DNA of 64,000 nt from an uncultured Rikenellaceae bacterium. Its GTDB lineage: Bacteria > Bacteroidota > Bacteroidia > Bacteroidales > VadinHA17. The stretch's first letter is position 1, and the number at the start of each line of letters is the position of its first letter. The position numbers and the translations under genes were made by a program. The DNA is taken from contig CAZRDX010000031.1 in assembly GCA_964599235.1 (NCBI GenBank), positions 8,385 through 72,384 on the forward strand, read 5' to 3'. The notes under the pieces were generated by a model. The model made no database searches. It had not been told where the DNA came from and saw only the letters and a program-made list of their open reading frames with translations. Below, in pieces: positions 1-9,786 of this stretch.

Positions 1-1
1 G

Positions 2-589
2 GCCCCGGCCGATCATCTGGGTACGGAGGCGCGCAAGCTGGCACACGGAGCCGCCGATGTCCTGGAACGTGCGGAGCTCTTCCCCACCACGGAGGCTGCG
101 CTCGCCGGCATGGACATGGTCGTCGGCACCACGGCCCGCCCCCGCAACATACGACAGGACTACCTGCCAGTCAGGGAGTTGCGGCCATTCCTGACGCACC
201 GCCGGGAGGTGGTCCGCCGCGTGGCCCTGCTCTTCGGGAACGAATCGTCGGGATTGTCGAACGAGGAGATCGCTTTGTGTGACATCTTGTCATACATCCC
301 CCTGGCCACCTCCTTTCCTTCGCTCAACCTGGCCCAGGCGGTGATGCTCTATGCCTATGAGCTGGCTGAGCTCCCCGCACCATCCCCCACCTCCCCACAG
401 CGTGAGAAGTCAGCCTACCGCGTGCTCCGGGACCGAGCCACCCGTCTGCTGCCCCTCCTGGGCATCCATCCGGCCCGGCCGGTCTACCACCGCATCTTCG
501 AACGCCTGGCCCTGGCCGGCCCCGACGATATCCACCTCCTCCTGTCCGTCACCGACGCCGTGCTGAAAAAGCTGGAAACAAAGGAATAA
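2..589 (+). CDS. trmJ: SpoU/TrmH-family RNA 2'-O-methyltransferase (TrmJ-like), 5' end cut by window edge
   Basis: Frame 2 is open from base 2 (APADHLGTEARKLAHGAADVLERAELFPT...) into listed ORF 110..589. It contains SpoU knot motifs LLFGNESSGLSNEE and PSLNLAQAVMLYAYEL, followed by a ~60 aa C-terminal extension as in group-1 TrmH/TrmJ. Confidence 0.75.
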   Translation, partial: APADHLGTEARKLAHGAADVLERAELFPTTEAALAGMDMVVGTTARPRNIRQDYLPVRELRPFLTHRREVVRRVALLFGNESSGLSNEEIALCDILSYIPLATSFPSLNLAQAVMLYAYELAELPAPSPTSPQREKSAYRVLRDRATRLLPLLGIHPARPVYHRIFERLALAGPDDIHLLLSVTDAVLKKLETKE

Positions 590-796
590 CCCGCCCCTTT
601 CCCCTTCTCTATGCCAAATCAGGTAAATTTTGTTTTGTTGTTAGTGAATATTAACTACCTTTGCTGCATGATCCATTCCTTTCCTGAGCCATGGGTAACA
701 CTCACCTCTCCGGGACAGCCGGTCTTTTTACCGGAAGGATGTGGGGACGGGCTGAAAGGAGCGGTCAGGCAAGCAGGATTCGTTCAATAAAGAATT

Positions 797-1228
797 ATGA
801 TCATGTCAAAGATTTTTTTCTCATTCTTTTTTTTCATTTTCTCCGTTGCTGCTTTCCCGCAGCCTGGTCTTCACGGGCAATACCGTTTGCCCAACGGTCT
901 TGATGTGGAACTGTTCCGCACCGGCGATACGTGGTCGGGGAAGATCGTGGGTTTGAACGATTTCAACGGCGGGCAGGTGCTGGATGTGAAGAATCCCGAC
1001 AAGTCCAGGCGCAACATTCCTCTGAAGGGACTGGTGATCATCCGGGGGCTGACCTATGATCCGGAGGAGAAGATCTGGACGGGAGGTACGATGTACGCAC
1101 CGGAAAAGGGTATGGAGTTCGATCTGAAGATCACCAGGAGGACACCGGAAGGCCTTGAGGTGGTAGGCTCGAAGCTTTTCCTGCGCAAGACCCTTTTCTG
1201 GAAGAGGCTGACTCCCTCCTCTTCCTGA
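797..1228 (+). CDS. DUF2147 domain-containing secreted protein
   Basis: ATG at 797. N-terminal signal-like FFSFFFFIFSVAAF. DUF2147-like pattern GQYRLPNG...WSGKIVGLND...DVKNPDKSRRNIPLKGLVIIRGL...WTGGTMYAPEKGMEFDLKI...LEVVGSK...LFWKRL. Confidence 0.8.
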   Translation: MIMSKIFFSFFFFIFSVAAFPQPGLHGQYRLPNGLDVELFRTGDTWSGKIVGLNDFNGGQVLDVKNPDKSRRNIPLKGLVIIRGLTYDPEEKIWTGGTMYAPEKGMEFDLKITRRTPEGLEVVGSKLFLRKTLFWKRLTPSSS

Positions 1229-1240
1229 GGTCAGGGACAA

Positions 1241-4200
1241 TCACTCCGCCACGTTCACCGTGAGGGTTGCCGTCGTCGTTCTGCCGTCGATGCATGAAGC
1301 CGTGCAGCGTACGAGGAAGCTTTCCGTGCCTGCGGTGAGGGTGATCTGTCCGGATTCCTTGCCTTCTCCGTCCGTCACTTCTTGCCAGGTATCGTCCGCA
1401 AGGAGACGCCAGGCCCAGCTGTAGGAAGCCTGCTCACAGCCTTCCAGTATGGCCGTGATGGTCACCTGCGTACCGGGGGTGACCCCGGGGGGTGTGGCAG
1501 TGAGGAGGAGGCTGAGCTCGTGGTCTGCGGCTCCCTCCTGCATTACGAAGATGGTCCGTGCCAGGGCACCTGCCTGCAGGATGAGAGATCCGCGGCGCAG
1601 GGTATCCGCGGGATTGGGGTCGACATGCAGGAGGAAACTGTCCTCGTTCTTTTCCCGTATGGTGAGCCACTCCTGGCGTGTGGTGACCTGCCAGGGTTCG
1701 CACCCTTGGTAGCCCGGGTCGACGGGCAGGGGGTTGGCGGTGCCGGCGGCGGCGATCCGGAGGGTATCGCGCGGGGGCAGGAAGGCCGGATCATGCACCT
1801 CCACACGGATGCTCCTGCATGGCGTGGTATTGAGCAGTCCTTCGGCCCGCACACTGTAGGTCGCCGTAGCGGCGGGAAAGATGAGGATGGTGGTGCCGGT
1901 GTCCAGGGGGTGTACGCCACAGCCATCACGGTACCAGTGCCATGAGGCGGCGGTGCCCAGATATCCTCCCGTCACCGTCAGCCGCACCGGACAGTGGCGC
2001 ACTGCCGTCGCCGGCACCGCCACCACACTGTCGGCCGCCACCGAAGGCACATAATCAGGATCATGGAAGTAGGGACGTGACGTGTCGCCATCGTATCCCC
2101 GGTAACGGTATACATAACTCCTTACGATCCTCCCCGGCGCGTCATACCGGCAGCGCAGCCTTCCCAGCGAATCATAGGCATACCGTACGATGCTGCCGTT
2201 GGGTTCTTCGGCCCACACCCTGCCGAAAAGGGGATCGTAACCATACTTTCGCACCATGGCCGCCGAAGGATACTGACCCGATGGCATATAAGGTGTTCCC
2301 GCCGCTTCCAGGACGGGACGGCCCCATGCATCCCACTGCAGTGCATGGGGCGCTTCGCCCCGCCGGTGGTATTGAAGGAGATGCCCCCGGTCATCGTACC
2401 TGTCGTACCACAGATACGTACGGTAATGTCTCCCTTCCAGTGTCTGAACCGAGTCGGGCAGGATACGCTCTCCGTGACGTCCGAAAAAGATCCTTCTGCC
2501 GGCCACGAGGAGGGTGTCGACATAACTTTCCTCGCCCATCGTCACGCCGGTCATGTGTCGTTCGAGGAGGAGATCCACCCCCGGCACGGTATCCGTCAGG
2601 TCGAAGGGCCGGAGCACGCGGCTGCGCAGGGTCCTGCCGTCGCTGCTATGCTGCCGCACCTCCCGCCGCATGTAATGAGCGGGGTCATAAGCATAGTGTC
2701 TGACCGTATGGTAGGCGGCCCTGCCGGTGGTGTCGTACCGCCACACCTCCTCCTGCAGCGGCGGGCTCCACCCCCGCCGCATGAAGGTGACAGAATAGCG
2801 GCAGGAGTAGATGTTGTCCGGGTCGCGCTGCACCACCTTCACCCCGGGCATGCCCCGCAGGAAAAGAGTATCGTCGGGAGGAGCATACCGCACAAGACGG
2901 TGCTCCCGCAGACGACCGTCCTCGGCATAGACGAACCGTTCCTTCTCCCGTCCTCTCAGCCAGTCGGATGAACTGCCCGGCGCAAAAGGGAAATGCAGCC
3001 GGCTCACGTCGGGATGATCCAGCGGCGAGGTATACCACATCACCGTCCTCCCGTTGCCGGGGAGATGTTCGGTGACACAGGCATATCCCACCATGCTGCC
3101 CCGGGTGGCGGGGATCTCGGCCCGTGCCAGGGAAAAGACCTGCAACGGAAAACAGGCCCTGTCGAAGAAGGGTTGATCACCCCAATAGGCGATCTCCTCG
3201 GGCTGGTCCCAGAAAAGAGGAATCCCCGTCAGCACCCCGCTCGACCAGGGCCGCGGGAGATCATGACGAAGGTATTCGTAGGTACGCACCAGGACGGTAT
3301 CCTGTTCCCCGTCCAGGTCGATCCGCCGTTTCAGGCGTACACCCCCCGCCACGGCATAGGGATGGGTACGTACCGCCTTGTCGTATTCGACACGTATGTA
3401 TCCCGCTTCGCCGGGGAGGCGGGGGAGGAACCTTAGGCGGAAGGTGCCGGGCCGCAGCTGCAGGAGGCGTTCGCCTGACCAGTGGTATCCTTCCACAGGG
3501 TTCCACTCCACAGTGTCGGCGACGGGATAGACCGCTTCAAGGAGGGGGATGGTGTCGTCCGCCCCCTCCAGCCGGACAAAAGTATAGGGATATGACAGGC
3601 CTGCCGTGGAGATGAGGTTGGGGGCCACGACGCTGCGGAAGTACCAGCTCACGCGCACCAGCCTGTCGTCCTCGGCACCCAGGGTGAAGGTCCGCTCCAC
3701 GGCATAGCTGCTGTCATCGGGAAAATGCTCCATCCCGGCCGTGATGCGTTGCCGTTCATAGTCGTTGGAATAGACGCGGTAGATCCTGTCGTAGGTGCCG
3801 TGGCGGAAGAAGAGCCGACCGATCACCACCCCCACACGGTCGGAGGGACGACATGCAGCCTCGAGAAGGTAGAACCCTTTTTCCAGCCAGAGGCGATATT
3901 CCGCTTCCCTGCCGGCGGCCTCCCTCAGCAGGCGGTCGTAGGTCAGGGAGAAGACGATGCGTTCGCTGTCGTTCTCCACCTTTTTGATGACGATACGGTC
4001 GAGAGGATCGATGCTGCCGCTGTCGGCCATGCGGTAGAAGAGAGGCAGGAGACGCACCTCCTGAGCAGGGTCGATGAGGAAGGATGTCTGCATGCTCTTT
4101 CCGTCACGGGCGGCCACCTCCCGCCGCCGTTCGCCGGCGGGCACCATGACGTAGCCCACTTTGTTGGGCTCGTATTCGAGGAGGGTGAGCCCGCCCGTTG

Positions 4201-5713
4201 GGTAGATGATCTTTTTGAGCATGCCGGCCATCACCTTCACCGTGTCGGGCCGGCGGTCGGCCCCCGGCAGCTGCCAGGCCCGCTCGGCAGCATAGGAGAG
4301 GTTGAGACGGGCTCTCATGAACCACCGCATGTTCACCGCCCCGTCGTAGCCGGGCTGAGGGTCGAGGGCGCCGGCATCGTGGGTGTTGATCACCGTCAGG
4401 GCCGGCACGGGAGAGGCGTTCCTCCGGCCGTTGTAGTAGCCCCACAGATCTTTCGCAAAGGAGCCGCGCGGCGGCACGGGCTGCTCATCATAGAAAAAGA
4501 GATAAGGAGGCTGGCTGTTGCTGCCCGCCGTCACCTGCAGCGCATCGAGCCGCAGACGCCGGCACGGCGGCAGGTAGGTGGCCGCCGCCCCGCAGCCGGT
4601 GGTAGGAAAGAAACTGTAACGGAAACGGAAATGACGGGAAAGCGCCTCATCGGCAGGATGATGCACCACGATCTCCCGGAGCGCCAGGATGCTGCCGCCG
4701 GGATAGCTGCCCTTCTCCTCCGTGAGGAAAGAGACACGCACCTGTCCCCCGCCCCGGTCGTGGACGATCTCATGCAGGTGTTTCTCTTCGATGAGCTGCG
4801 AAGAATAACGGTAACTTTCGTCCCGGTCAGGATCATCACATCCCTGCCGCATCAGGGTCACGGGATAACGGCGTTCGATGGTCCTTCCCTGATAGGTGAA
4901 GGTGAACATATCTGCCGCATGGGGGTCTTCGATACGCACGAGGTGCCATGCCGAGTGCCAGCTCTCGCCGGGTGCGCCTCCGGGGGTGACCGTGCGTGTG
5001 CGGTCGCAGGCCTCCTCCCCGCCGCCGAAGAGGTAGACGATCCCCAGCTCGTCGGTGATACGCCAGCCGGTGATCTCGCCTGCAGCATCGCGGCGGCATT
5101 CGATCAGCAGATCGTCGGGGGTCATCAGGAAGACCTCCCCGCCGGCACCCAGGAAGAAAGTGCCGTAATGGCCGGGGAAGGCATAGCGGAAGATGTCGGG
5201 CTCCAGGTCGACCCTTCCCTGCGCCGCCGCGTGTAGCAGCAGGTATGCCTCCTCCTTGTTGCCCGGCGGCTGCCAGTGGAAGAAAGGCTCCGTAGCTTTT
5301 TCCTGCGGGGTAAGGTAGGCCGTGCCGGTGGAGAGGTAGCCTGTGGGCAGGTCGTCGGGTTGTCCCCGTACGGTGCGGGTGATCACGCCGCCGGCATGCA
5401 GGGTCCAGCCCATGCCTGTCCATCCTTCCAGAGCATCCACCTGCATCCCCGAGCTGCGGTAGGTGAGGGTGACGGCCACGCTGACACGGCTGCCGGTGAG
5501 CTCCCAAAGGGGGATCACCACCTCGGGCTGCCCCGTGTACATCGCCGCACCCGTGTTGGCCGCAGGGGTCAGGGCCGCAGCGTCGGGCGCCGGCGGGATC
5601 AGATGGTCGAGGACGGGGACAGCCCGCTGGGCCCGCACCCCGCCCGCCAAAACGAAAAAGAACAGGACAGGAAGCAACCGGGAAAAGCTCCGGCATCGTG
5701 GGACACTTTCCAT
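1241..5713 (-). CDS. Giant secreted protein (1490 aa) with YD/RHS-type repeats and C-terminal Ig-like plus BACON-like domains
   Basis: ATG at 5713. Signal peptide LLPVLFFFVLAGGVRAQ. YD-type repeats in the C-terminal third (WRYDTTGRAAYHTVRHYAYD, VRYAYDSLGRLRCRYDAPGRIVRSYVYRY). Ig-like module (VRLTVTGGYLGTAASWHWYRDGCG...TATYSVRAEG). BACON-like module (CEPWQVTTRQEWLTIREKNEDSFLLHVDPNPADTLRRGSLILQAGALARTIFVMQEG). Lies 13 nt downstream of the previous minus-strand gene. Confidence 0.85.
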   Translation of the reverse strand: MESVPRCRSFSRLLPVLFFFVLAGGVRAQRAVPVLDHLIPPAPDAAALTPAANTGAAMYTGQPEVVIPLWELTGSRVSVAVTLTYRSSGMQVDALEGWTGMGWTLHAGGVITRTVRGQPDDLPTGYLSTGTAYLTPQEKATEPFFHWQPPGNKEEAYLLLHAAAQGRVDLEPDIFRYAFPGHYGTFFLGAGGEVFLMTPDDLLIECRRDAAGEITGWRITDELGIVYLFGGGEEACDRTRTVTPGGAPGESWHSAWHLVRIEDPHAADMFTFTYQGRTIERRYPVTLMRQGCDDPDRDESYRYSSQLIEEKHLHEIVHDRGGGQVRVSFLTEEKGSYPGGSILALREIVVHHPADEALSRHFRFRYSFFPTTGCGAAATYLPPCRRLRLDALQVTAGSNSQPPYLFFYDEQPVPPRGSFAKDLWGYYNGRRNASPVPALTVINTHDAGALDPQPGYDGAVNMRWFMRARLNLSYAAERAWQLPGADRRPDTVKVMAGMLKKIIYPTGGLTLLEYEPNKVGYVMVPAGERRREVAARDGKSMQTSFLIDPAQEVRLLPLFYRMADSGSIDPLDRIVIKKVENDSERIVFSLTYDRLLREAAGREAEYRLWLEKGFYLLEAACRPSDRVGVVIGRLFFRHGTYDRIYRVYSNDYERQRITAGMEHFPDDSSYAVERTFTLGAEDDRLVRVSWYFRSVVAPNLISTAGLSYPYTFVRLEGADDTIPLLEAVYPVADTVEWNPVEGYHWSGERLLQLRPGTFRLRFLPRLPGEAGYIRVEYDKAVRTHPYAVAGGVRLKRRIDLDGEQDTVLVRTYEYLRHDLPRPWSSGVLTGIPLFWDQPEEIAYWGDQPFFDRACFPLQVFSLARAEIPATRGSMVGYACVTEHLPGNGRTVMWYTSPLDHPDVSRLHFPFAPGSSSDWLRGREKERFVYAEDGRLREHRLVRYAPPDDTLFLRGMPGVKVVQRDPDNIYSCRYSVTFMRRGWSPPLQEEVWRYDTTGRAAYHTVRHYAYDPAHYMRREVRQHSSDGRTLRSRVLRPFDLTDTVPGVDLLLERHMTGVTMGEESYVDTLLVAGRRIFFGRHGERILPDSVQTLEGRHYRTYLWYDRYDDRGHLLQYHRRGEAPHALQWDAWGRPVLEAAGTPYMPSGQYPSAAMVRKYGYDPLFGRVWAEEPNGSIVRYAYDSLGRLRCRYDAPGRIVRSYVYRYRGYDGDTSRPYFHDPDYVPSVAADSVVAVPATAVRHCPVRLTVTGGYLGTAASWHWYRDGCGVHPLDTGTTILIFPAATATYSVRAEGLLNTTPCRSIRVEVHDPAFLPPRDTLRIAAAGTANPLPVDPGYQGCEPWQVTTRQEWLTIREKNEDSFLLHVDPNPADTLRRGSLILQAGALARTIFVMQEGAADHELSLLLTATPPGVTPGTQVTITAILEGCEQASYSWAWRLLADDTWQEVTDGEGKESGQITLTAGTESFLVRCTASCIDGRTTTATLTVNVAE

Positions 5714-5726
5714 CGCCGTATCTTTT

Positions 5727-7754
5727 TTATCTTCCGGTGATCACGATCTTGCGGGTCACCACCCCGAAGCGGGAGGTCATGCGCAGGTAGTAGACGCCGT
5801 TCTGCAGTCCCCGGCCTCCCCACAGAAAGGTATGGCGTCCTTTTGTTCCTGCGGTCTCGCGGAGCACGAAGAGCTCTTTGCCGGCGGGGTCCCACAGGGT
5901 GATACGCACGCGGGTGCCGGCGGGGAGGGTGTAAAGGATGCGGGTGATGTCGCGGAAGGGGTTGGGATAAGCATTCAGGTCATAGAGACCGGTGGTCTCA
6001 TTGCGTGCCACCTCGACCGTGCGGGTGAGCTCACATCCCGCCGCATCTGTGACCGTCACCTCATAGACGCCTGCCTGTAGGGAAGTGAGGGTGGCGGTGG
6101 TATCACCCGTGTTCCAGCGGATATGCCAGGGAGGCATGCCGGACCTCACCGTCAGGCGTATCACTCCATTGTATCCTTCCGGCAGGGTCTCGTCAGTCAC
6201 GTCAAGGTCGATCCGGACACTGTCGAGGAAGACGTGTACCGTGTCGAGGGCGGTGCAGCCGTAACGGTCGGTGACGCGGATGATGTAGCGTCCCGTATCG
6301 CGTACGGTGATGCGGCGGTCGGAGATGTTGCCGGGCTGCCAGAGGTAGCTGACAAAGCCTTCGCCAGCGTCGAGGGTATCCGTGCCGTCTTCGCAGAGGG
6401 GCTGTTCAGCGGGCAGGTCGTAATGCAGCAGCGAGCAGGGGTCGAGCCAGCTGCGCACATAGAGGGCATCGCCGCCGTAGATGAGCTCCTGCCGGGGGGG
6501 ATGCCAGGTGCCGGCGCTCCAGAGACGGTCGCTGCCGAGGGGGAGCAGACATGCCGGCCAGGCCGCCGGCAGCGTGACCATGGGCAGATGCCAGCGCAGA
6601 CCGCCCGTATCGGCAGCGGCCAGGAAAAGGATGGGTGTGCGCCCGGGAGCTGGCAGGGCGTCTTCACCTGCCGTCAGCCTCCCCCGCCCGGAGAGGAGGA
6701 GGAAAAGTCTTCCCTTTCTGTCGAGGTGGAGATGTTCCACGCGGTCGTCGCCTTCACCGCCGACCGCCCTGACGGTGGTTCGTCCCGCTTTGACACCCAG
6801 CATCAGGGCATCCCATCCGCCCCGGCTGTGCAGGAGGGTATCGCCGGCGCGCAGGTCGCCGGCCCAGGCGCCTCCGATGATCTCTCCCCCGCTGTTGCAT
6901 GCCAGATCGTTCACTTCGAGGGCGGCGGCTTCCGCCAGACGGTCCAGGCGGCAGGAGTCATCCTCCGTCAGCCATCCCGCGAAGAGCGCCGTTCCGTGCA
7001 CTTCGGGGAGGCTGCATCCGGCACCTTCCAGGGTAAGCGTGTAGGTACCTGCCAGACGGAGCGTGTCGTCCCGCAGGCGCAGCACGTCGATCTGCTGACG
7101 TCCTTCGCCGCCCAGGATCACTCCTTGTTTCGTGCCGTCTTCTTTCAGGTGCAGCATGAAGGCGTCACGGTCGCCGCGGGCGTGGGTACGGTGTCCGTCG
7201 TCGTCCAAGGTGCGGAACCATCCGCCCAGCCACACATCGCCTGCGGGGAGGCGCACGGCAGCACGTACACGGCCGCGGAAGAGTCTGAACAAGGGCTCTG
7301 TCGCCAGCAGGGTGCCCGTTCTGCTGACGCGGAGCTCAAGGAGGGCCGGCACACCCGTGGGGGGATAGAAGGTCGTGCCGGCGGTAAGACCCCGGCGCAC
7401 GGTGAGGTAGAGGCGGCTGCTGCCGTCGGGGAGGACCACGCCGGCCTGCAGGTCGCACCCGCCAGGGGTGACGGCCACCTGCGAAAGATCCAGCAACATG
7501 CCCGCCGTGTCGAGGGTCATCCGGAAGAGAAGGGTCATCCCCGGGCTGCGGAGGGAACGACCTGCCACCGTCAGGGAATCACGGCAGGTCCCGTACACAT
7601 ACATACGTCCGGTGGTGTCGGCACCGCCCACCGCCACCGTCACCATCCCGCCCGTGGCCGTGAGCGAATCCAGCGGCAGGAAACGCTGCGCCGACAGCAG
7701 CTGCGGCAGGCACAAAAAAAACCCTATCCGTAACCACAGACGTGTACGGAACAT
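5727..7754 (-). CDS. T9SS-sorted surface protein: beta-propeller (SBBP-like) repeats plus SprB-like repeat plus Por secretion C-terminal domain
   Basis: ATG at 7754. Signal peptide LWLRIGFFLCLPQLLSAQ. Repeated G..DAF/ALM..LK..G propeller-type motifs. SprB-type repeat (GYNGVIRLTVRSGMPPWHIRWNTGDTTATLTSLQAGVYEVTVTDAAGCE). C-terminal T9SS tail YPNPFRDITRILYTLPAGTRVRITLWDPAGKEL...NGVYYLRMTSRFGVVTRKIVI. Confidence 0.88.
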   Translation of the reverse strand: MFRTRLWLRIGFFLCLPQLLSAQRFLPLDSLTATGGMVTVAVGGADTTGRMYVYGTCRDSLTVAGRSLRSPGMTLLFRMTLDTAGMLLDLSQVAVTPGGCDLQAGVVLPDGSSRLYLTVRRGLTAGTTFYPPTGVPALLELRVSRTGTLLATEPLFRLFRGRVRAAVRLPAGDVWLGGWFRTLDDDGHRTHARGDRDAFMLHLKEDGTKQGVILGGEGRQQIDVLRLRDDTLRLAGTYTLTLEGAGCSLPEVHGTALFAGWLTEDDSCRLDRLAEAAALEVNDLACNSGGEIIGGAWAGDLRAGDTLLHSRGGWDALMLGVKAGRTTVRAVGGEGDDRVEHLHLDRKGRLFLLLSGRGRLTAGEDALPAPGRTPILFLAAADTGGLRWHLPMVTLPAAWPACLLPLGSDRLWSAGTWHPPRQELIYGGDALYVRSWLDPCSLLHYDLPAEQPLCEDGTDTLDAGEGFVSYLWQPGNISDRRITVRDTGRYIIRVTDRYGCTALDTVHVFLDSVRIDLDVTDETLPEGYNGVIRLTVRSGMPPWHIRWNTGDTTATLTSLQAGVYEVTVTDAAGCELTRTVEVARNETTGLYDLNAYPNPFRDITRILYTLPAGTRVRITLWDPAGKELFVLRETAGTKGRHTFLWGGRGLQNGVYYLRMTSRFGVVTRKIVITGR

Positions 7755-7912
7755 GACCCAAAACCTTCATGAGCAGAGGAAACAGGGCCGGCCTTTGCTG
7801 GCCCTTTCATTAGTAAGTGCTTCGAAGGAAGATTTTCTTACAAAAAAATATCTTCTCCCTTGCCGGCCCTGTTGCCGGGCTGTGGGGCGAGGTTCACCGG
7901 TTGTGGTGCCGT

Positions 7913-8824
7913 TCATTCTTTTGTATGGCGCACCACGGTAAAGAGAAGATGGTTGTAAGGAAGGCGTGTGGAGGGGTCTCTTTTCAGGACGATGAGTCCT
8001 TTTCCCGGGTCGTAGCCCCAGTCGTTCCAGTCGAGGCTGTCGCGGCGGCACTGTACGGCCACGTAGCTGCCTTCGCGCAGACGGGCCACCGGCCCCGGCA
8101 CCTGGCGCAGCACCAGCCCCAGGTTGAAGAACTGCACGATCTTGTTGCGGTTGCGGGTAAGGACAAGCCGCACCAGTCCTTCCCCCAGACGGGTCATCGT
8201 CTCGATGCCGGGCAAGGCGTTGTGGACCAGGTCGAGGCCTTTTTTCACCACGGGCGTATCGAGCACACGCAGGGCTTCCTCGTCCTCGTCGTTGGCCAGG
8301 TTGATGACGTTGACCTCGAAGGAGACCCCCTCAGCGGGGACGGTGAGACCGGCGAAGATCATGCTGCCGAGGACGCCGGCTCCTTCGCCTTCACGCGAGA
8401 CATATTTCTGCTGGAACTGCACCTTCAGGGGCTTACCGCGCGAGGAGGTGCCGTGTTGTGCATTGAACTGCAGGAGCACCTGATGACGGCCCCAGCCGGG
8501 GTAGTTCATGGTGAAGAGGCCGGAGAGGAGGATATCGATGCGCCGGCCTGCCAGCGTGGTGTCGGGCGTGACGTTACCGGCAAAGAGCAGGTCGCGCAGC
8601 TCCCGGCCTTTCCCCTCGCCGATGTAACCGAAAGTGTGTTCCGTGCCGCGCCAGGAGGCACGGCTGAGGCGGGGCACCTCCCCCACCTCGCCCAGCGGAC
8701 GCTGTCCCATGGCAGGATCGTCGGCCACCAGCGCCCGCAGGGCCTCACTGTTCTCGTGGTCACCGATATCATGCAGATAATCGATGGCCTCGTCGACCGT
8801 CAGGTCAGAGATCCTGGTTTTCAT
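7913..8824 (-). CDS. Hypothetical protein, 303 aa, no recognisable family, no signal peptide
   Basis: ATG at 8824. Long ORF, co-directional and 30 nt downstream of the SDR gene. The opposite-strand ORF 7817..9085 is R/G/H/A-rich shadow-type sequence. I recognised no motif. Confidence 0.65.
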   Translation of the reverse strand: MKTRISDLTVDEAIDYLHDIGDHENSEALRALVADDPAMGQRPLGEVGEVPRLSRASWRGTEHTFGYIGEGKGRELRDLLFAGNVTPDTTLAGRRIDILLSGLFTMNYPGWGRHQVLLQFNAQHGTSSRGKPLKVQFQQKYVSREGEGAGVLGSMIFAGLTVPAEGVSFEVNVINLANDEDEEALRVLDTPVVKKGLDLVHNALPGIETMTRLGEGLVRLVLTRNRNKIVQFFNLGLVLRQVPGPVARLREGSYVAVQCRRDSLDWNDWGYDPGKGLIVLKRDPSTRLPYNHLLFTVVRHTKE

Positions 8825-8854
8825 GACACCGGTATGTTTGAGGTTACACTGTCG

Positions 8855-9670
8855 TCAGGGCAGGGGCACCTCCAGACCGGCTTTTTGCACACTCTCCAGG
8901 CTCATCTCCCAGCACCGGTCCTGCAGATGCTCATCGTAGGAGACGGCCGCCGAGGGACGGCGGGCACCGTTCTCGAAGTAGGCTCCGGAGACCTCTTCCA
9001 GCGACGGGTCGGTAGCCACATAGACGGGCATGCGTGCACCCTCCTTCACCGGAGCACCCACGGGGCCCCATTGCTGTACAAGTAATTTCGAATTGATCAC
9101 TCCCGGATGCAGGGCATTGACGGTGATCCGGCGTCCCCGGAGCAGACGGTCCAGCTTGTAGGTAAATAGCAGATTGCAGAGCTTGGAGCGGGAATAGGAC
9201 TCCACGGGATCGAAATAGGCGGGCTCGTTGAGCCTCTCCAGGTCGATGGCCGTGGCATGGACCATCGAAGAGACGTTGACGATGCGGGCCGGCCGGCGGA
9301 GATGGTCGAGCAGCAGCAGGGTGAGGAAGAAATGGGCCAGGTGGTTGACGGCCCAGGTCATCTCATAACCATCCTCCGAACGCTCAAATCTGTCCATGAT
9401 CACGCCGGCATTGTTGATGAGCACGTCGAGCGGCGGGCCGTCGCGGAGGGTGGCAGCCATCTGGGCCACCTGACGGAGGGAGGCCAGGTCGGCCGTGACC
9501 CCCTGGACCCGGATCCCCTCACGCACCCGCTGCACCTGCCGTACGGTCTCCTCCACACGCTGCGGCGAACGACCGTGGATCGTCAGATCATACCCGCGGG
9601 AGGCCAGCTCCAGCGCCGTGGCCTTGCCGATGCCGTCCGTCGAACCCGTGATGAGTATATGTCGCGTCAT
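8855..9670 (-). CDS. Short-chain dehydrogenase/reductase (SDR) family oxidoreductase
   Basis: ATG at 9670. Rossmann motif ILITGSTDGIGKATA, NNAG motif (LINNAGV), catalytic YSRSK (YxxxK). Confidence 0.9.
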   Translation of the reverse strand: MTRHILITGSTDGIGKATALELASRGYDLTIHGRSPQRVEETVRQVQRVREGIRVQGVTADLASLRQVAQMAATLRDGPPLDVLINNAGVIMDRFERSEDGYEMTWAVNHLAHFFLTLLLLDHLRRPARIVNVSSMVHATAIDLERLNEPAYFDPVESYSRSKLCNLLFTYKLDRLLRGRRITVNALHPGVINSKLLVQQWGPVGAPVKEGARMPVYVATDPSLEEVSGAYFENGARRPSAAVSYDEHLQDRCWEMSLESVQKAGLEVPLP

Positions 9671-9786
9671 CGTTCTTCTTTTTTGGGAAAAAGTAAAAAA
9701 TTTTCCGCAAAAGTTCCACCCTTTTTTCCCGGCTGATCCACTTCATCTCCGGCAGCCGAAGAAACGGGGAGATAAGATCAGTGCGC

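Noticed and set aside
110-589. Met at 110 as the start of the methyltransferase
   Set aside because: The frame is open back to base 2 and the upstream residues continue the SpoU domain, so the gene is truncated by the window edge rather than starting at 110.
7780-7880. Short CCGGC...GCCGG-type GC-rich hairpins recurring in several spacers (about 7790, about 7865, about 48150), considered as a dispersed repeat family
   Set aside because: The shared core is only ~5-9 nt with different loops and flanks. It is indistinguishable from chance GC-rich palindromes by eye.
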